DNA from: a virus
Taxonomy: Duplodnaviria > Caudoviricetes
IMG/VR virus record: IMGVR_UViG_3300036793_000032
Span: 1-43,813 of that record
DNA: 43,813 bases
Strand: one strand, 5' to 3'
Made by a program: the position numbers and the translations under genes
Shown here: in pieces, positions 34,865 to 43,813 of the stretch
Layout of the letters: each line of letters opens with the position of its first letter
Position numbering within the stretch: the first letter of the stretch is position 1
Notes under the pieces: generated by a model
What the model was told of the DNA's origin: nothing
The model's database searches: none
What the model saw: the letters and a program-made list of their open reading frames with translations, nothing else

Positions 34865-35938
34865 ATGTCTGACGAAGCCAACGCCCCAGTTGGCGGCGAC
34901 GAACCCGTTGCTGCCATCTCCCCGGCGAATCTCGACGCTGAACCCATGTCAGAGGCGCAGGCCTACGAGGCCTATATCGCCAAAAAGTCAAAACCGGCCG
35001 AGAGCGCGCAAGCCGCGACCGCCGAACAGGAATTGCCTGAAAAAGGCAACGCCGAACCTGCTGAAGAGCAGCCCAGCGGCGAAGAACCCGAGGTAGCCGA
35101 ACCGGAAGAAGAACTTCCGCCCATCGAGCCGCCGAGGTCTTGGACGAAGGAGGAGAAAGAGGAATTCCAGACCTATCCTCGCGCCGCGCAAGAGAAGATT
35201 GCCGCACGCGAACAGGCGAGGGAAACCGCACTCCGCCGGACTCAAAATGAGGCCGCTGAAACTCGCAAGGCTGCTGAAGCTCTGCAAGTGCAAGCGGAAC
35301 AGGCAAGGAAAGCATACGAAGCAAAGTTGCCCGAAGTCGAGCGGCATATCCAGGACTTCCTCTCCCACCAATATCCTGACATCAAGTCGATGGCGGATGT
35401 GGAAAGGATGGCCGCGGAAGATCCGCTCCGCAAAATCCAGTGGGATACGCACCAGCAGAAGATCGCTAGTGTGATGCAGGAAGCGCAGCAGGCAAAGGAT
35501 CGGCAGGCACGCGACCGCGTGTCCAACCTGAACAAATATCAGGCTGAAGAAACCGACAAGCTTGCCGAGTTCGTGCCGGATGTAAAAGACCCGGTGAAGC
35601 TCGCCGCGCTCACGACCAAGGCAATCGACCATCTTAAGAGCTTCGATTACTCGGATAAGGACCTCGCGACCTTCGCTGACCAAGGTGAAAAGCCTTTCAT
35701 CTACAGCGCCGGCTTTCAGCGAATCCTCCTGAACTCCCTGAAATACGAAGAACTTCAGAAGTCCGCTCCGAAAGCCATTCCAAAGAATGTTCCGCCGGTT
35801 CAACGGCCGGGCGTTGCACCCGCAAAGGGAGCCGCGCGCACTGAAAACCTCCAAGCCCTCTCACGCAACCTCTCAGAGTCCGGAAGCGTCGATGATGCCT
35901 TTGCCCTGTATCAGGCAAGGCGTGCGCGCCGGACATAA
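34865..35938 (+). CDS. Capsid scaffolding protein
   Basis: Acidic N-terminus, coiled coil, P(V)QRPG..SGSVDDA C-terminus; precedes the capsid gene. Confidence 0.8.
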   Translation: MSDEANAPVGGDEPVAAISPANLDAEPMSEAQAYEAYIAKKSKPAESAQAATAEQELPEKGNAEPAEEQPSGEEPEVAEPEEELPPIEPPRSWTKEEKEEFQTYPRAAQEKIAAREQARETALRRTQNEAAETRKAAEALQVQAEQARKAYEAKLPEVERHIQDFLSHQYPDIKSMADVERMAAEDPLRKIQWDTHQQKIASVMQEAQQAKDRQARDRVSNLNKYQAEETDKLAEFVPDVKDPVKLAALTTKAIDHLKSFDYSDKDLATFADQGEKPFIYSAGFQRILLNSLKYEELQKSAPKAIPKNVPPVQRPGVAPAKGAARTENLQALSRNLSESGSVDDAFALYQARRARRT

Positions 35939-35950
35939 AGGAACAGAACC

Positions 35951-36907
35951 ATGGCACTCCCTGGCGGTACTCTTGCTACTTACGAAGCGGTCGGCAACCG
36001 CGAAGACCTGTCGGACGAAATCTGGAAGATCTCCCCGACCGAAACCCCGTTCTTCTCGTCTGTCGAGAAGATCACCGCGAAAGCGGTTCTCCATGAATGG
36101 CAGACTGTCGCGATCGACAGCACCAACACCGGGAACGCACAGCTCGAAGGCGATGATGTCACGGTCGACTCTGCCAACATCACCGTTCGTCTGGGCAACG
36201 TGCATCAGATCAGCCGCAAGTCTGCCGCTGTCACGGGCACCCAGGAGGCAGTGAAGCACGCCGGCCGCGCCGACGAGCTCGGCTACCAGAAGATGCTCAA
36301 GGGCCAAGCACTCAAGATCGACGTGGACGCCATCCTGTCGGGCACCAATCAGGCCAAGGTGGTTGGCGCAGATGGCACCGCGCGTAAAACCGCGTCGCTG
36401 GATTCCTGGATCAAGACCAACACCTCGAAGGGTGCGAGCGGCGCTGATCCTTCTGCGGCGGATGGTACCGGGACTCGTACCGATGGCACGCAGCAGGCAT
36501 TCACGGAAGCGCGCCTCAAGGCGGTTCTGTCGGCCTGCTGGATTCAGGGCGGCAAGCCGAACATGATCATGGCCGGCGCCTTCAATAAGCAGGCGTTCTC
36601 GACCTTCACGGGCCGCGGCACGCCGATCGAGCAGACTTCGAGCCGCAAGATCGTGGCTGCGGTCGATGCCTATGACTCGGACTTCGGCAAGCTGAAGGTG
36701 GTTCCGAGCCGTAATATCCGTGCTCGGGATGTCTTCGTGCTCGAGACCGCGAAGTGGGCCATCTCTCACTTGCCGGGCCGCGCGATGGTCGCATTCAACC
36801 TCGCGAAGACCGGCGATACCGAGAAAGCCGTCATGGTGACCGAGTATGCCCTCGAAGCCCGCAACGAGAAGGCTTCCGGCGGCGTGTTCGATAATACGGT
36901 TAGCTGA
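35951..36907 (+). CDS. Major capsid protein (DUF5309/SU10-like)
   Basis: GNREDLSD.I..ISPTETPF...HEWQT...N..QISRK...LAKTGD.EK...EYALE.RNEKA. Confidence 0.93.
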   Translation: MALPGGTLATYEAVGNREDLSDEIWKISPTETPFFSSVEKITAKAVLHEWQTVAIDSTNTGNAQLEGDDVTVDSANITVRLGNVHQISRKSAAVTGTQEAVKHAGRADELGYQKMLKGQALKIDVDAILSGTNQAKVVGADGTARKTASLDSWIKTNTSKGASGADPSAADGTGTRTDGTQQAFTEARLKAVLSACWIQGGKPNMIMAGAFNKQAFSTFTGRGTPIEQTSSRKIVAAVDAYDSDFGKLKVVPSRNIRARDVFVLETAKWAISHLPGRAMVAFNLAKTGDTEKAVMVTEYALEARNEKASGGVFDNTVS

Positions 36908-36934
36908 CGTTTAGCCTTCATCCTCAACCTCACT

Positions 36935-36963
36935 GGCCGTCCCACAAGGACGGCCTTTTTCTT
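36935..36963 (+). terminator. Terminator after the major capsid gene
   Basis: GGCCGTCC-CACAA-GGACGGCC-TTTTTCTT. Confidence 0.88.
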
Positions 36964-36974
36964 TGGAGGCTCAA

Positions 36975-37361
36975 ATGCCACTTCCTTTACCGCGGCCGTT
37001 CTTCGAACAGGTCGTTTCTGAATCGACTACTTCTATCGCTACTACGCCTGTTGCCGTCACGGCGGTTGCTCCAGTTTCTGGCTATGTCCAGCGCGGTATG
37101 GCTGCGGCCGGCGGCACCACAACTGGTACCACCACCGTTGCCGTCACCATTAACGGCGGGTCGGATATCTTCAATGGCGCTCTCACGATCGCGGCTGGCA
37201 CGGGTGCGCGAAACAATCCCTCGGTTGAACTACCGCTTGTCGGTGCCGGCTTAACTTCAGGTGTTTACGTCAACGAAGGTGATTGCATCACGTTCACACC
37301 ATCCGGCGGGACGGGTGCGAGTATTCCGGGGGCTTTCGGCCTCGTCATCCGGGCACTCTGA
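36975..37361 (+). CDS. Capsid decoration/cement-like protein
   Basis: GGAGG RBS; beta-rich; directly after the capsid gene. Confidence 0.6.
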   Translation: MPLPLPRPFFEQVVSESTTSIATTPVAVTAVAPVSGYVQRGMAAAGGTTTGTTTVAVTINGGSDIFNGALTIAAGTGARNNPSVELPLVGAGLTSGVYVNEGDCITFTPSGGTGASIPGAFGLVIRAL

Positions 37362-37366
37362 TCCCC

Positions 37367-37705
37367 ATGAGCGAAATAGAGACCATCCTGCACGTTGATC
37401 CATCTGAAAATCGCTTTGCAATCGAGCGCGTGCAGGATGTCGAACCTCATATCGAATACAACAAATTCCTCCAGTCTCTTTCCCAAAAGAGCGACTGGGG
37501 ACGACACAAAGCCCATATCCCGAATATTTTCCTCGAGAAATGGCTTCGGGAAGAATGGGACCGCGGCAACGTCAATCTGCGGATATTCACGCCTGAATTC
37601 GATGCGTTGATCGAACGCAAGATCGAAGATCCGGACTGGAAATTCCTGCGCGTCGATAAGAGCGAGTCTGGCATGGCCGGCTGGTCTGCCGGCTTGGTCT
37701 CCTGA
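37367..37705 (+). CDS. Conserved head-module protein
   Basis: QDVEPHIEYNK...AHIP....EKW...DPDWKFLR. Confidence 0.7.
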   Translation: MSEIETILHVDPSENRFAIERVQDVEPHIEYNKFLQSLSQKSDWGRHKAHIPNIFLEKWLREEWDRGNVNLRIFTPEFDALIERKIEDPDWKFLRVDKSESGMAGWSAGLVS

Positions 37706-37715
37706 AGGAGTCTAA

Positions 37716-38000
37716 ATGATGCAATATATCGGCACAGCCCGGCTCGGCGCGGCGCAGAACGTCGCCTATACAGCAACGGTCGGTACCATCACCAATGGCG
37801 TCGGAACCCAGACCTACAAAGTTCGCGTTGTCGTCACAACGGATGCTTTCGTGACAACGGACGGGACGACGCCATCGGCCACTAATGGTGCCTACTTGCC
37901 GGCGTTAGAGCCTGAATACTTCACTTGTTCACCAGGCCAGAAAGTATCTGCGGTTCAGGTTGCGGCTGGCGGGACGCTTTATGTGACCGAGGTCATTTGA
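37716..38000 (+). CDS. Small all-beta virion protein, candidate head-spike base
   Basis: AAGGAG RBS; 94 aa, jelly-roll-like composition. Confidence 0.55.
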   Translation: MMQYIGTARLGAAQNVAYTATVGTITNGVGTQTYKVRVVVTTDAFVTTDGTTPSATNGAYLPALEPEYFTCSPGQKVSAVQVAAGGTLYVTEVI

Positions 38001-38647
38001 TGATCTCCAGCTACACCGACCTCCAAGCGGCCGTTGTAGAATACCTTGCGCGCGACCAGGACACGACCCTGATTGCGCGCATTCCCACCTTCATCCAGCT
38101 TTGCGAAGCCAAGCTAAATCGAGACCTGTTCGTACGGCAGATGGAGCAGCGGTCGACCATCGTCATCGATCCGGGAGCTTCTGAACCTGAGTTTATTGCA
38201 CTGCCTGCTGATTTTCAGTCGATGCGGCGCATCAGGGTATCGAGTGCTAGTTGTAAGCCTCAGTTGGAATTCATGTCTGGAATCCAGTTGGATGAATACC
38301 GAACGATGCGGGGCGATGCGACTGGCTTTCCGCAATACTTTACGATCTTTGGCGATGAGATCGAACTCGCGCCGACGCCAGACCAGAATTACACCATTGA
38401 GATGGTCTACCGGCAGAATATTCCTGCCTTAGCGGACAATTCCACTAATTGGCTGCTGGCGCTCGCGCCTGATCTGTACCTGTACGGGGCGCTCCTGGAA
38501 TCGGCGCCCTATATCAAGGAAGACGCCCGAATTCAAACGTGGGGCGCGGGCTTTACGACTGCCCTCAGCGATCTGAATAACCTCGGCCTGACTTCGACGT
38601 TCAATGCCGGTCCAATGACCGTGCGCATTACCGGCACCACGCCATAA
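38000..38647 (+). CDS. Head-tail adaptor (tail tubular protein A-like)
   Basis: ISSYTDLQAAV..YL.R.....IPTFIQLCEAKLNRDL; PTPD; TNWLL..APDLYLYGALLE. Confidence 0.85.
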   Translation: MISSYTDLQAAVVEYLARDQDTTLIARIPTFIQLCEAKLNRDLFVRQMEQRSTIVIDPGASEPEFIALPADFQSMRRIRVSSASCKPQLEFMSGIQLDEYRTMRGDATGFPQYFTIFGDEIELAPTPDQNYTIEMVYRQNIPALADNSTNWLLALAPDLYLYGALLESAPYIKEDARIQTWGAGFTTALSDLNNLGLTSTFNAGPMTVRITGTTP

Positions 38648-38675
38648 CTCACTTCGACATTCCAGGAGAATCTAA

Positions 38676-39176
38676 ATGTCCGTCGTGCTCACGCATGAAT
38701 TGGTGCGAGAGATTTTGGACTACGACACCATGACCGGTCACTTCACCTGGAAAAAGAAAATCTCTTCTAAGACCGTCGTGGGAAGTCGCGCCGGCGGTGA
38801 AGCTCGCCCTAACGACTATCGTTACGTCACTCTGCTTAAAAAGCGAGTGCTAGAGCATCGTTTAGCTTGGTTCTGGGTGCATGGAGTATGGCCTCCCGAG
38901 TTCATCGATCACAAGAACCTAAACAAAACAGATAATAGAATCGATAACCTTCGTCTCGCGAGTGTTGTCGAAAATGCCTGCAATGCGGGCGCTCATAGGG
39001 ACAATCGGAGCGGCACGAAAGGCATTTGGCAAAAACCAGATGGCTCTTGGTGCGGGCTCATCACTTTCAATAAAAAAAGGCATTACCTCGGGGTTTTTGC
39101 TCACAAGACGGAAGCGGCTGCTGCTTACAGGGTGGCCGCAAATAGACTTCACGGCAAATTTGCCAGAGCCCAATAA
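38676..39176 (+). CDS. HNH-AP2 homing endonuclease
   Basis: EHRLAWFWVHG.WP..IDHKNLNKTDNRIDNLRLA...SGTKG...HYLGVF. Confidence 0.9.
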   Translation: MSVVLTHELVREILDYDTMTGHFTWKKKISSKTVVGSRAGGEARPNDYRYVTLLKKRVLEHRLAWFWVHGVWPPEFIDHKNLNKTDNRIDNLRLASVVENACNAGAHRDNRSGTKGIWQKPDGSWCGLITFNKKRHYLGVFAHKTEAAAAYRVAANRLHGKFARAQ

Positions 39177-39191
39177 CAGGAACCACATATC

Positions 39192-39599
39192 ATGTCTGTT
39201 ATCTATTCTACCTCTCTAAAAAGTTCGCGCATGCAGCTTGTTGCCGATCTGATCGCCGGCCTTACGGTCGCAGCCTCGACCGGCTCAGCGACCGCGGGAA
39301 GCCTCGTCATTGGCACTTCGACGCTGAGCGGTGCAACTGGTGTACTGGTGACGATCCCCCTCGGAACGACGCCCGGCACCGTATCAAGCGGCGTTCTGAC
39401 GCTCTCCGGCACGCCATTGTCCGCGACTGCGTCGGCGAGCGGGACGGCCGCAAAAGCTGAGCTCCGCAATAACGCTGGGACTACGATTTGCAGTGGCCTC
39501 ACTGTCGGAACATCTGGGACTGACATCGTGCTCGGCACCACCACCATTACGTCCGGCGGCACCGTTACGATTACGAGCGGCAGTATCACGCACGGTTAA
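39192..39599 (+). CDS. Virion structural protein
   Basis: S/T/G-rich beta protein; GTAAKAELR...GLTVGTSGTDIVL..TTITSG.TVTITS. Confidence 0.7.
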   Translation: MSVIYSTSLKSSRMQLVADLIAGLTVAASTGSATAGSLVIGTSTLSGATGVLVTIPLGTTPGTVSSGVLTLSGTPLSATASASGTAAKAELRNNAGTTICSGLTVGTSGTDIVLGTTTITSGGTVTITSGSITHG

Positions 39600-39628
39600 C
39601 CCATGAAGCCCTTAGAGGTGAGGGGATA

Positions 39629-41224
39629 ATGGCGGCCACAGGCTCGGCAGCAGACACAACAGCGCGCACGGGCACAACCGGGACAACCTCGACTGTAAGC
39701 GGCGTCACTTTTGGTACGGCGTTTTCTGGACGCCTGATCGTCGATGCGTACATTAATGGTACCGCTTCGGCATCTACATCGTCGGGAACAGTTGGCGGCG
39801 TCACCGCCTCCGTTACAAATAATACAGGTAGTTTCGGCTCCGTTGGCCTGCTCGCCGCTATCGTGCCTACTGGTACCAGCGGCAACGTCGTAGGAACGCT
39901 TTCGGCGTCTTCCGCTCTGGTTTCCAGTACGGCTGTTTCGATTACAGGTGCCGCCTCCGCTACACCGTCCGCAACCCTTACGCCGGCTTCTGGCGGAAGC
40001 GGTACAATAAACGTCCCCGCAGGCGGATGCGTGGTGGCGATAGCCCTGGCGGGATCGGCAGGGACCTGGACCGGCGCGACAGCGGTTTCAACAAACACAA
40101 TCAATGGGGCCATCGTCTCGGTCGCTGTTTTTAACAATACCGGCGGTGCCATCACTGGCATGTCGATCGGTTATTCAACCGGCGTCCTTTTCGCTGCTGC
40201 CGCCTATGCAGCCGCAAGCGGCGGTGGCGGCGTAAGTGGCACTCTCGTATCAACCGAAGCGACCGACGTTGCATCTTTCAGTGGAAGTCTTTCGGTAACG
40301 GGCTCTCTCGCCTCAACTGGCAGTCCTGACACTGCTTCAATCTCCGGGACGTTCGTTGCACCCACCGGCACACTGGCGGCGACGGAGACGGCTGATGCCG
40401 CTTCGATCTCAGGTGGTTTCAGCGTTCAAGGCTCGCTCTCAACCACGGAAGGAACGGATGCCGCTTCCATAAGCGGCAATGTTGTTGTCAGTGGCTCACT
40501 CGCCACAACGGAAGCGGCCGATACAGCCTCAATAGCTGGTGTATTCGGGGTTGCTGGATCATTAGCAGCAACAGAGGCGACCGATAGCGCGGCGATTGCG
40601 GGCAGCTATTCCGTTCATGGCTCAATGGCCACGACGGAAGTTGCAGACACAACATCCATTATTGGCAATGTAATCGTCACGGGGACGCTCAACACTACTG
40701 AGGCTAAGGACGTTGCGAGCTTTATCAGTTCGAGCTCGGTTTCTGGTTCTCTGGCTGCCACCGAGACTCCAGATGCTGCAAGCTTAGTCGGCAACGCTGG
40801 TGCCTCTGGATCTCTATCGACTACGGAGACCACGGATAGCGTCTCAATTGCTGGCGACTTCTCGGTTAAGGGCTCGCTCGCCGCAACTGAAACAGCAGAT
40901 ACAGCAGCCTTCAACGGCGGCGGTATTTCAGGTTTCATGTCAACTACAGAAGCTTCGGATACGGCAAATATCGCCGTGTTTGTCACTCCTACGGGCCAAC
41001 TTGCGGTAACCGAAGCGCCGGACACTGCCGCTTTTATTGGCACCGTTCATATTAGTTGGGTCAAAGAGCCGGGGCCTGTTTCGGCGTGGTCTGCGAAAAA
41101 TAGCGCCTCTTCTGAGTGGACGACAAATGGCCAGCCTTCTTCGGCGTGGCAACCTGTCGCTTCAATATCGCCTGATTGGACTGAGGTAACGGTGCCCAAT
41201 TCTAGCTGGACGAAGGTTGCCTGA
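39629..41224 (+). CDS. Repetitive fibre-like virion protein
   Basis: 13 repeats of about 21 aa (V.GSLA.TE..D.ASI.G), then a Trp every 10 aa. Confidence 0.75.
   Translation: MAATGSAADTTARTGTTGTTSTVSGVTFGTAFSGRLIVDAYINGTASASTSSGTVGGVTASVTNNTGSFGSVGLLAAIVPTGTSGNVVGTLSASSALVSSTAVSITGAASATPSATLTPASGGSGTINVPAGGCVVAIALAGSAGTWTGATAVSTNTINGAIVSVAVFNNTGGAITGMSIGYSTGVLFAAAAYAAASGGGGVSGTLVSTEATDVASFSGSLSVTGSLASTGSPDTASISGTFVAPTGTLAATETADAASISGGFSVQGSLSTTEGTDAASISGNVVVSGSLATTEAADTASIAGVFGVAGSLAATEATDSAAIAGSYSVHGSMATTEVADTTSIIGNVIVTGTLNTTEAKDVASFISSSSVSGSLAATETPDAASLVGNAGASGSLSTTETTDSVSIAGDFSVKGSLAATETADTAAFNGGGISGFMSTTEASDTANIAVFVTPTGQLAVTEAPDTAAFIGTVHISWVKEPGPVSAWSAKNSASSEWTTNGQPSSAWQPVASISPDWTEVTVPNSSWTKVA
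40232..41050 (+). repeat. 13 tandem about 63-bp coding repeats
   Basis: Conserved at protein level, diverged at DNA level. Confidence 0.85.
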
Positions 41225-41281
41225 TGCCGCTTAGTCAATGGGGATGTGCTAAAGTATTGCGAACTGATTTGGGGCTCGCAA

Positions 41282-41899
41282 ATGATTAAATACGATGACA
41301 TCACAGGGAATAGATACGGCCGTCTGGTTGCTATCAGGCGGGCAGGAAAGAAGTGGGAATTTCGCTGCGACTGCGGTCACACCAAGGAGATTTTGGCGAC
41401 CAACGCGAAGCGCGGCCATACACAATCATGCGGATGTTTCCATAAGGAGAACAGTGCCAAGGTCGGAAGGTCCACGGTGAAGCATGGGTATGCCGGCAGC
41501 TCAGAATATGACGCATGGTCTGGCATGCATCAGCGCTGCGGGAATCCGAAAGATAAAGATTACGGGAAGTATGGTGGTCGCGGCATCAAAGTATGTGAGC
41601 GCTGGTCTAAATTCGATCGATTTATTGAAGATATGGGCGACAAGCCAACGAAGCGCCATTCCTTGGACCGGATCGATGTAAACGGAGACTATGCGCCGGA
41701 AAATTGCCGGTGGGCAACCACCAAAGTTCAGAACGGAAATAAGAGATGCAACATTAGAGTAAGCGCTTTCGGCAAGAGTGGATGTCTTGCTGATTTTATT
41801 AGCTATCACTCGCCGCACTACCACATGGCGCAAATCCTGATCCGCAAAGGGATTGAGCCGTCTCAGGCAGTCATTGATGTTATTGGGACTTCCTGCTGA
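41282..41899 (+). CDS. HNH-type homing endonuclease-like protein
   Basis: DITGNRYGRLV...CDCG...SCGC...YGGRGIKVCERW...SLDRIDVNGDYAPENCRWAT. Confidence 0.88.
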   Translation: MIKYDDITGNRYGRLVAIRRAGKKWEFRCDCGHTKEILATNAKRGHTQSCGCFHKENSAKVGRSTVKHGYAGSSEYDAWSGMHQRCGNPKDKDYGKYGGRGIKVCERWSKFDRFIEDMGDKPTKRHSLDRIDVNGDYAPENCRWATTKVQNGNKRCNIRVSAFGKSGCLADFISYHSPHYHMAQILIRKGIEPSQAVIDVIGTSC

Positions 41900-43608
41900 T
41901 GGCTCTGATCGCTTGGGGCCCTTGGACACCTGACACCAGCGATTACGAAGGGACAAGCGTCAAGAATATTCAGAACGTCGTACCCCGCGGCGATGGATAT
42001 GGACCTTTCCCTAACTTCGTGGCGCTCACCCAAAACTTACCAGCGGTATGTCGCGGCGGCTTCTATGCTTTAAAGGCTGATGGCTCGGTTGCGATCTTCG
42101 CCGGAACGTCAGATCGGCTCTATCAGCTCAACAATACCGATTTCAGTTGGACCGATGTTTCGCTTTCAGGTTCGGCCTATGGTGCATTGAGCGCGAATGC
42201 CCAATGGCAGTTTGCCCAAACCGGGAATTTTGTCTTCGCCACGCAGGCGAATGCGCTCTTACAGGTGTTCGACCTGACCTCATCTTCGGCCTTTGGAAAC
42301 GCGCTGGGCTCACCGCCGCAAGCGGCTTATATCAGCGTCGTCGGTCAGTTTCTCGTGCTCTCGGGGCTTCTCTCGACGCCTTATCGCATTCAATGGTCAG
42401 GACTGGACAATTTCAATTCGTCCACAAGCTGGACGGCCGGCGTCAGTCAGTCTGACTTTCAGGATTTTCCCGATGGAGGGATCGTCCGCGGGGTAGCTGG
42501 GGGGGAGTTCGGAACGATCTTCCAGGACCAGGCCATCCGGTCGATGTCCTATGTTCAAGGAGACGTGATTTTCCAGATCGAGCGCATCACCCAGGACATG
42601 GGCCTCTATGCGCCTTACTCGATCGTGCGGGCCGGCTCGACAGTGTTTTTCTATGCCGGGCAAGGCTTCTACAAGATTGATCCGGGTCAATTGCCGGTTC
42701 AGATCGGACGTGAACGGGTTGACCGGACATTCCTTGCCGATCTCGACAACAGCAACCTGCAGCTGTTCATGGGCGCGGCTGATCCCCGGAATACCCGGAT
42801 CTATTGGGCCTATAAATCAGTCTCGGGTTCCGTTGGACTTTACGACAAGATCATCGGCTATGACCGTGTTTTAGATCGCTGGTTCCAGCTTTCGGTGTCC
42901 GGGGAATATCTGCTTGGCCTCTCTCAAAGCGGCCTCACCCTGGAAAACTTGGACGCGATTGCTCCGACGCCTTTGACGATCACGGGCGCGGCAAATAATG
43001 GTTCGGGCACCATTCGGTTGACACTGAGTGCCGAGTCCAATTCGAACTTCACGATCCTGGGACAGAATAGCATCGTCGTTTATGGCGTCACTGGGACCAC
43101 AGAAGCGAATGGAACGTGGAAATTCACCGTCATCGATTCCACGCATATTGACCTCACCGGATCGACCTTCACTCACGCTTATGTGAGCGGAGGACAAATC
43201 GGCGGTTCATTGGATGCCATGCTGCTTTCGTTCGACGCCTATGCAACGGCGGTTCAACCGCAAATCGCTCAGTTCAACAGTTCTGGAATGCTTGGTTTCT
43301 TTACCGGGGAGAACCTTGAAGGCGTGATCCAAAGCGCAGAACAGGGCACGGACGGCCTTCGACTGACGATCAAGGGGTTTAGACCGATCACCGATGCGCC
43401 CACGTTATTCGGTTCGCTGTCCTATCGGGATACGCAGCTTGCTAGTCCTATCGTCGGATCTGAGGTTGCGGTCAGTCAACGAACCGGCCGATGCGACATG
43501 ATGCGTGATGCGAGATATGCACGGTTTCAGGTTCGGATTCCGGCCGGGACGATTTGGTCATTTGCTGCCGGGTTTGAGCCCGATACGACAACGAATGGTT
43601 CACAATGA
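41899..43608 (+). CDS. Tail nozzle (tail tubular protein B-like beta-propeller)
   Basis: GPWTPD, NVVPRGDGYGPFP, RIQWSG, SDFQDFPDGG.V.G; size and position. Confidence 0.8.
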   Translation: MALIAWGPWTPDTSDYEGTSVKNIQNVVPRGDGYGPFPNFVALTQNLPAVCRGGFYALKADGSVAIFAGTSDRLYQLNNTDFSWTDVSLSGSAYGALSANAQWQFAQTGNFVFATQANALLQVFDLTSSSAFGNALGSPPQAAYISVVGQFLVLSGLLSTPYRIQWSGLDNFNSSTSWTAGVSQSDFQDFPDGGIVRGVAGGEFGTIFQDQAIRSMSYVQGDVIFQIERITQDMGLYAPYSIVRAGSTVFFYAGQGFYKIDPGQLPVQIGRERVDRTFLADLDNSNLQLFMGAADPRNTRIYWAYKSVSGSVGLYDKIIGYDRVLDRWFQLSVSGEYLLGLSQSGLTLENLDAIAPTPLTITGAANNGSGTIRLTLSAESNSNFTILGQNSIVVYGVTGTTEANGTWKFTVIDSTHIDLTGSTFTHAYVSGGQIGGSLDAMLLSFDAYATAVQPQIAQFNSSGMLGFFTGENLEGVIQSAEQGTDGLRLTIKGFRPITDAPTLFGSLSYRDTQLASPIVGSEVAVSQRTGRCDMMRDARYARFQVRIPAGTIWSFAAGFEPDTTTNGSQ

Positions 43609-43798
43609 GCATTTACGTTCCGGGCACGACAGAGACCGATCCTAAGAAGCAAAACCGGTCTCTGCAGCAGCTTGGCGCGGCTGTGCAAAAATTACAGACT
43701 GGTGCGGTTAGTGCCATCCGCGTTCAGACGTTCACTTCATCCGGTACATATACTCCAGATCCCAATCTCGTTTACGCCGTCATCGAATGCGTGGGTGG
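43605..43798 (+). CDS. 5' part of glycine-rich tail/fibre protein, continuing across the circular junction to 691
   Basis: ATG overlaps the stop of the nozzle gene (ATGA); reads MSIYVPGTTETDPKKQNRSLQQLGAAVQKLQTG in frame with ORF 11..691. Confidence 0.85.
43673..43798 (+). repeat. Direct terminal repeat, copy 2
   Basis: TGGCGCGGCTGTGCAAAA...GCGTGGGTGG identical to 1-126. Confidence 0.95.
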
Positions 43799-43813
43799 CA
43801 CTAACCGCACCAG

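Larger units (their letters stand above)
1..43813. mobile_element. Complete circular temperate phage genome (excised, attP form), podovirus-like, probable alphaproteobacterial host
   Basis: Terminal overlap; terminase, portal, scaffold, capsid, adaptor, nozzle and ejection genes with no tape measure or sheath; integrase with attP; cI/cro; GapR and DnaA-domain-IV genes typical of Rhizobiales phages. Confidence 0.93.

Noticed and set aside
33186-36769. Long antisense ORFs (33186-33884, 34988-35854, 35873-36769)
   Set aside because: Shadow frames of the GC-rich portal, scaffold and capsid genes, with no RBS or motifs
40232-41050. CRISPR-like array
   Set aside because: Repeats are degenerate in DNA, in frame and conserved only as protein; no spacers or cas genes
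43796-43813. Last 18 nt are the reverse complement of 43699-43716 (= 27-44), suggesting a hairpin end or inversion
   Set aside because: It starts at a short TGG microhomology at the contig tip, inside a coding gene, and no protelomerase or invertase is present; most likely a fold-back read chimera

Overview
The window looks like the complete circular genome (unit length about 43,672 bp) of a temperate, short-tailed (P22-portal/podovirus-type) phage of Alphaproteobacteria, probably Bradyrhizobium/Rhizobiales. Bases 1-126 recur at 43673-43798, and one gene reads across the junction. The + strand carries the tail and ejection genes (1-7040), a lysis and export cassette (7993-13081), early-right and replication genes (24581-29340), and the packaging, head and tail genes (29445-43798). 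The - strand carries about 35 small early-left genes (13035-24063), split by an attP that contains the 3' half of tRNA-Asp(GTC) beside a non-canonical tyrosine integrase. A lambda-like cI/cro switch with palindromic operators lies at 24099-24811. The most unusual element is an RcGTA-type head-spike fibre with a glycosidase-like propeller (10787-13081). It has a cleavable Sec signal peptide directly in front of a GLGLG capsid-docking-like motif, and is preceded by a predicted three-way-junction RNA and a terminator. All family assignments come from motif recognition by eye; no searches were run.
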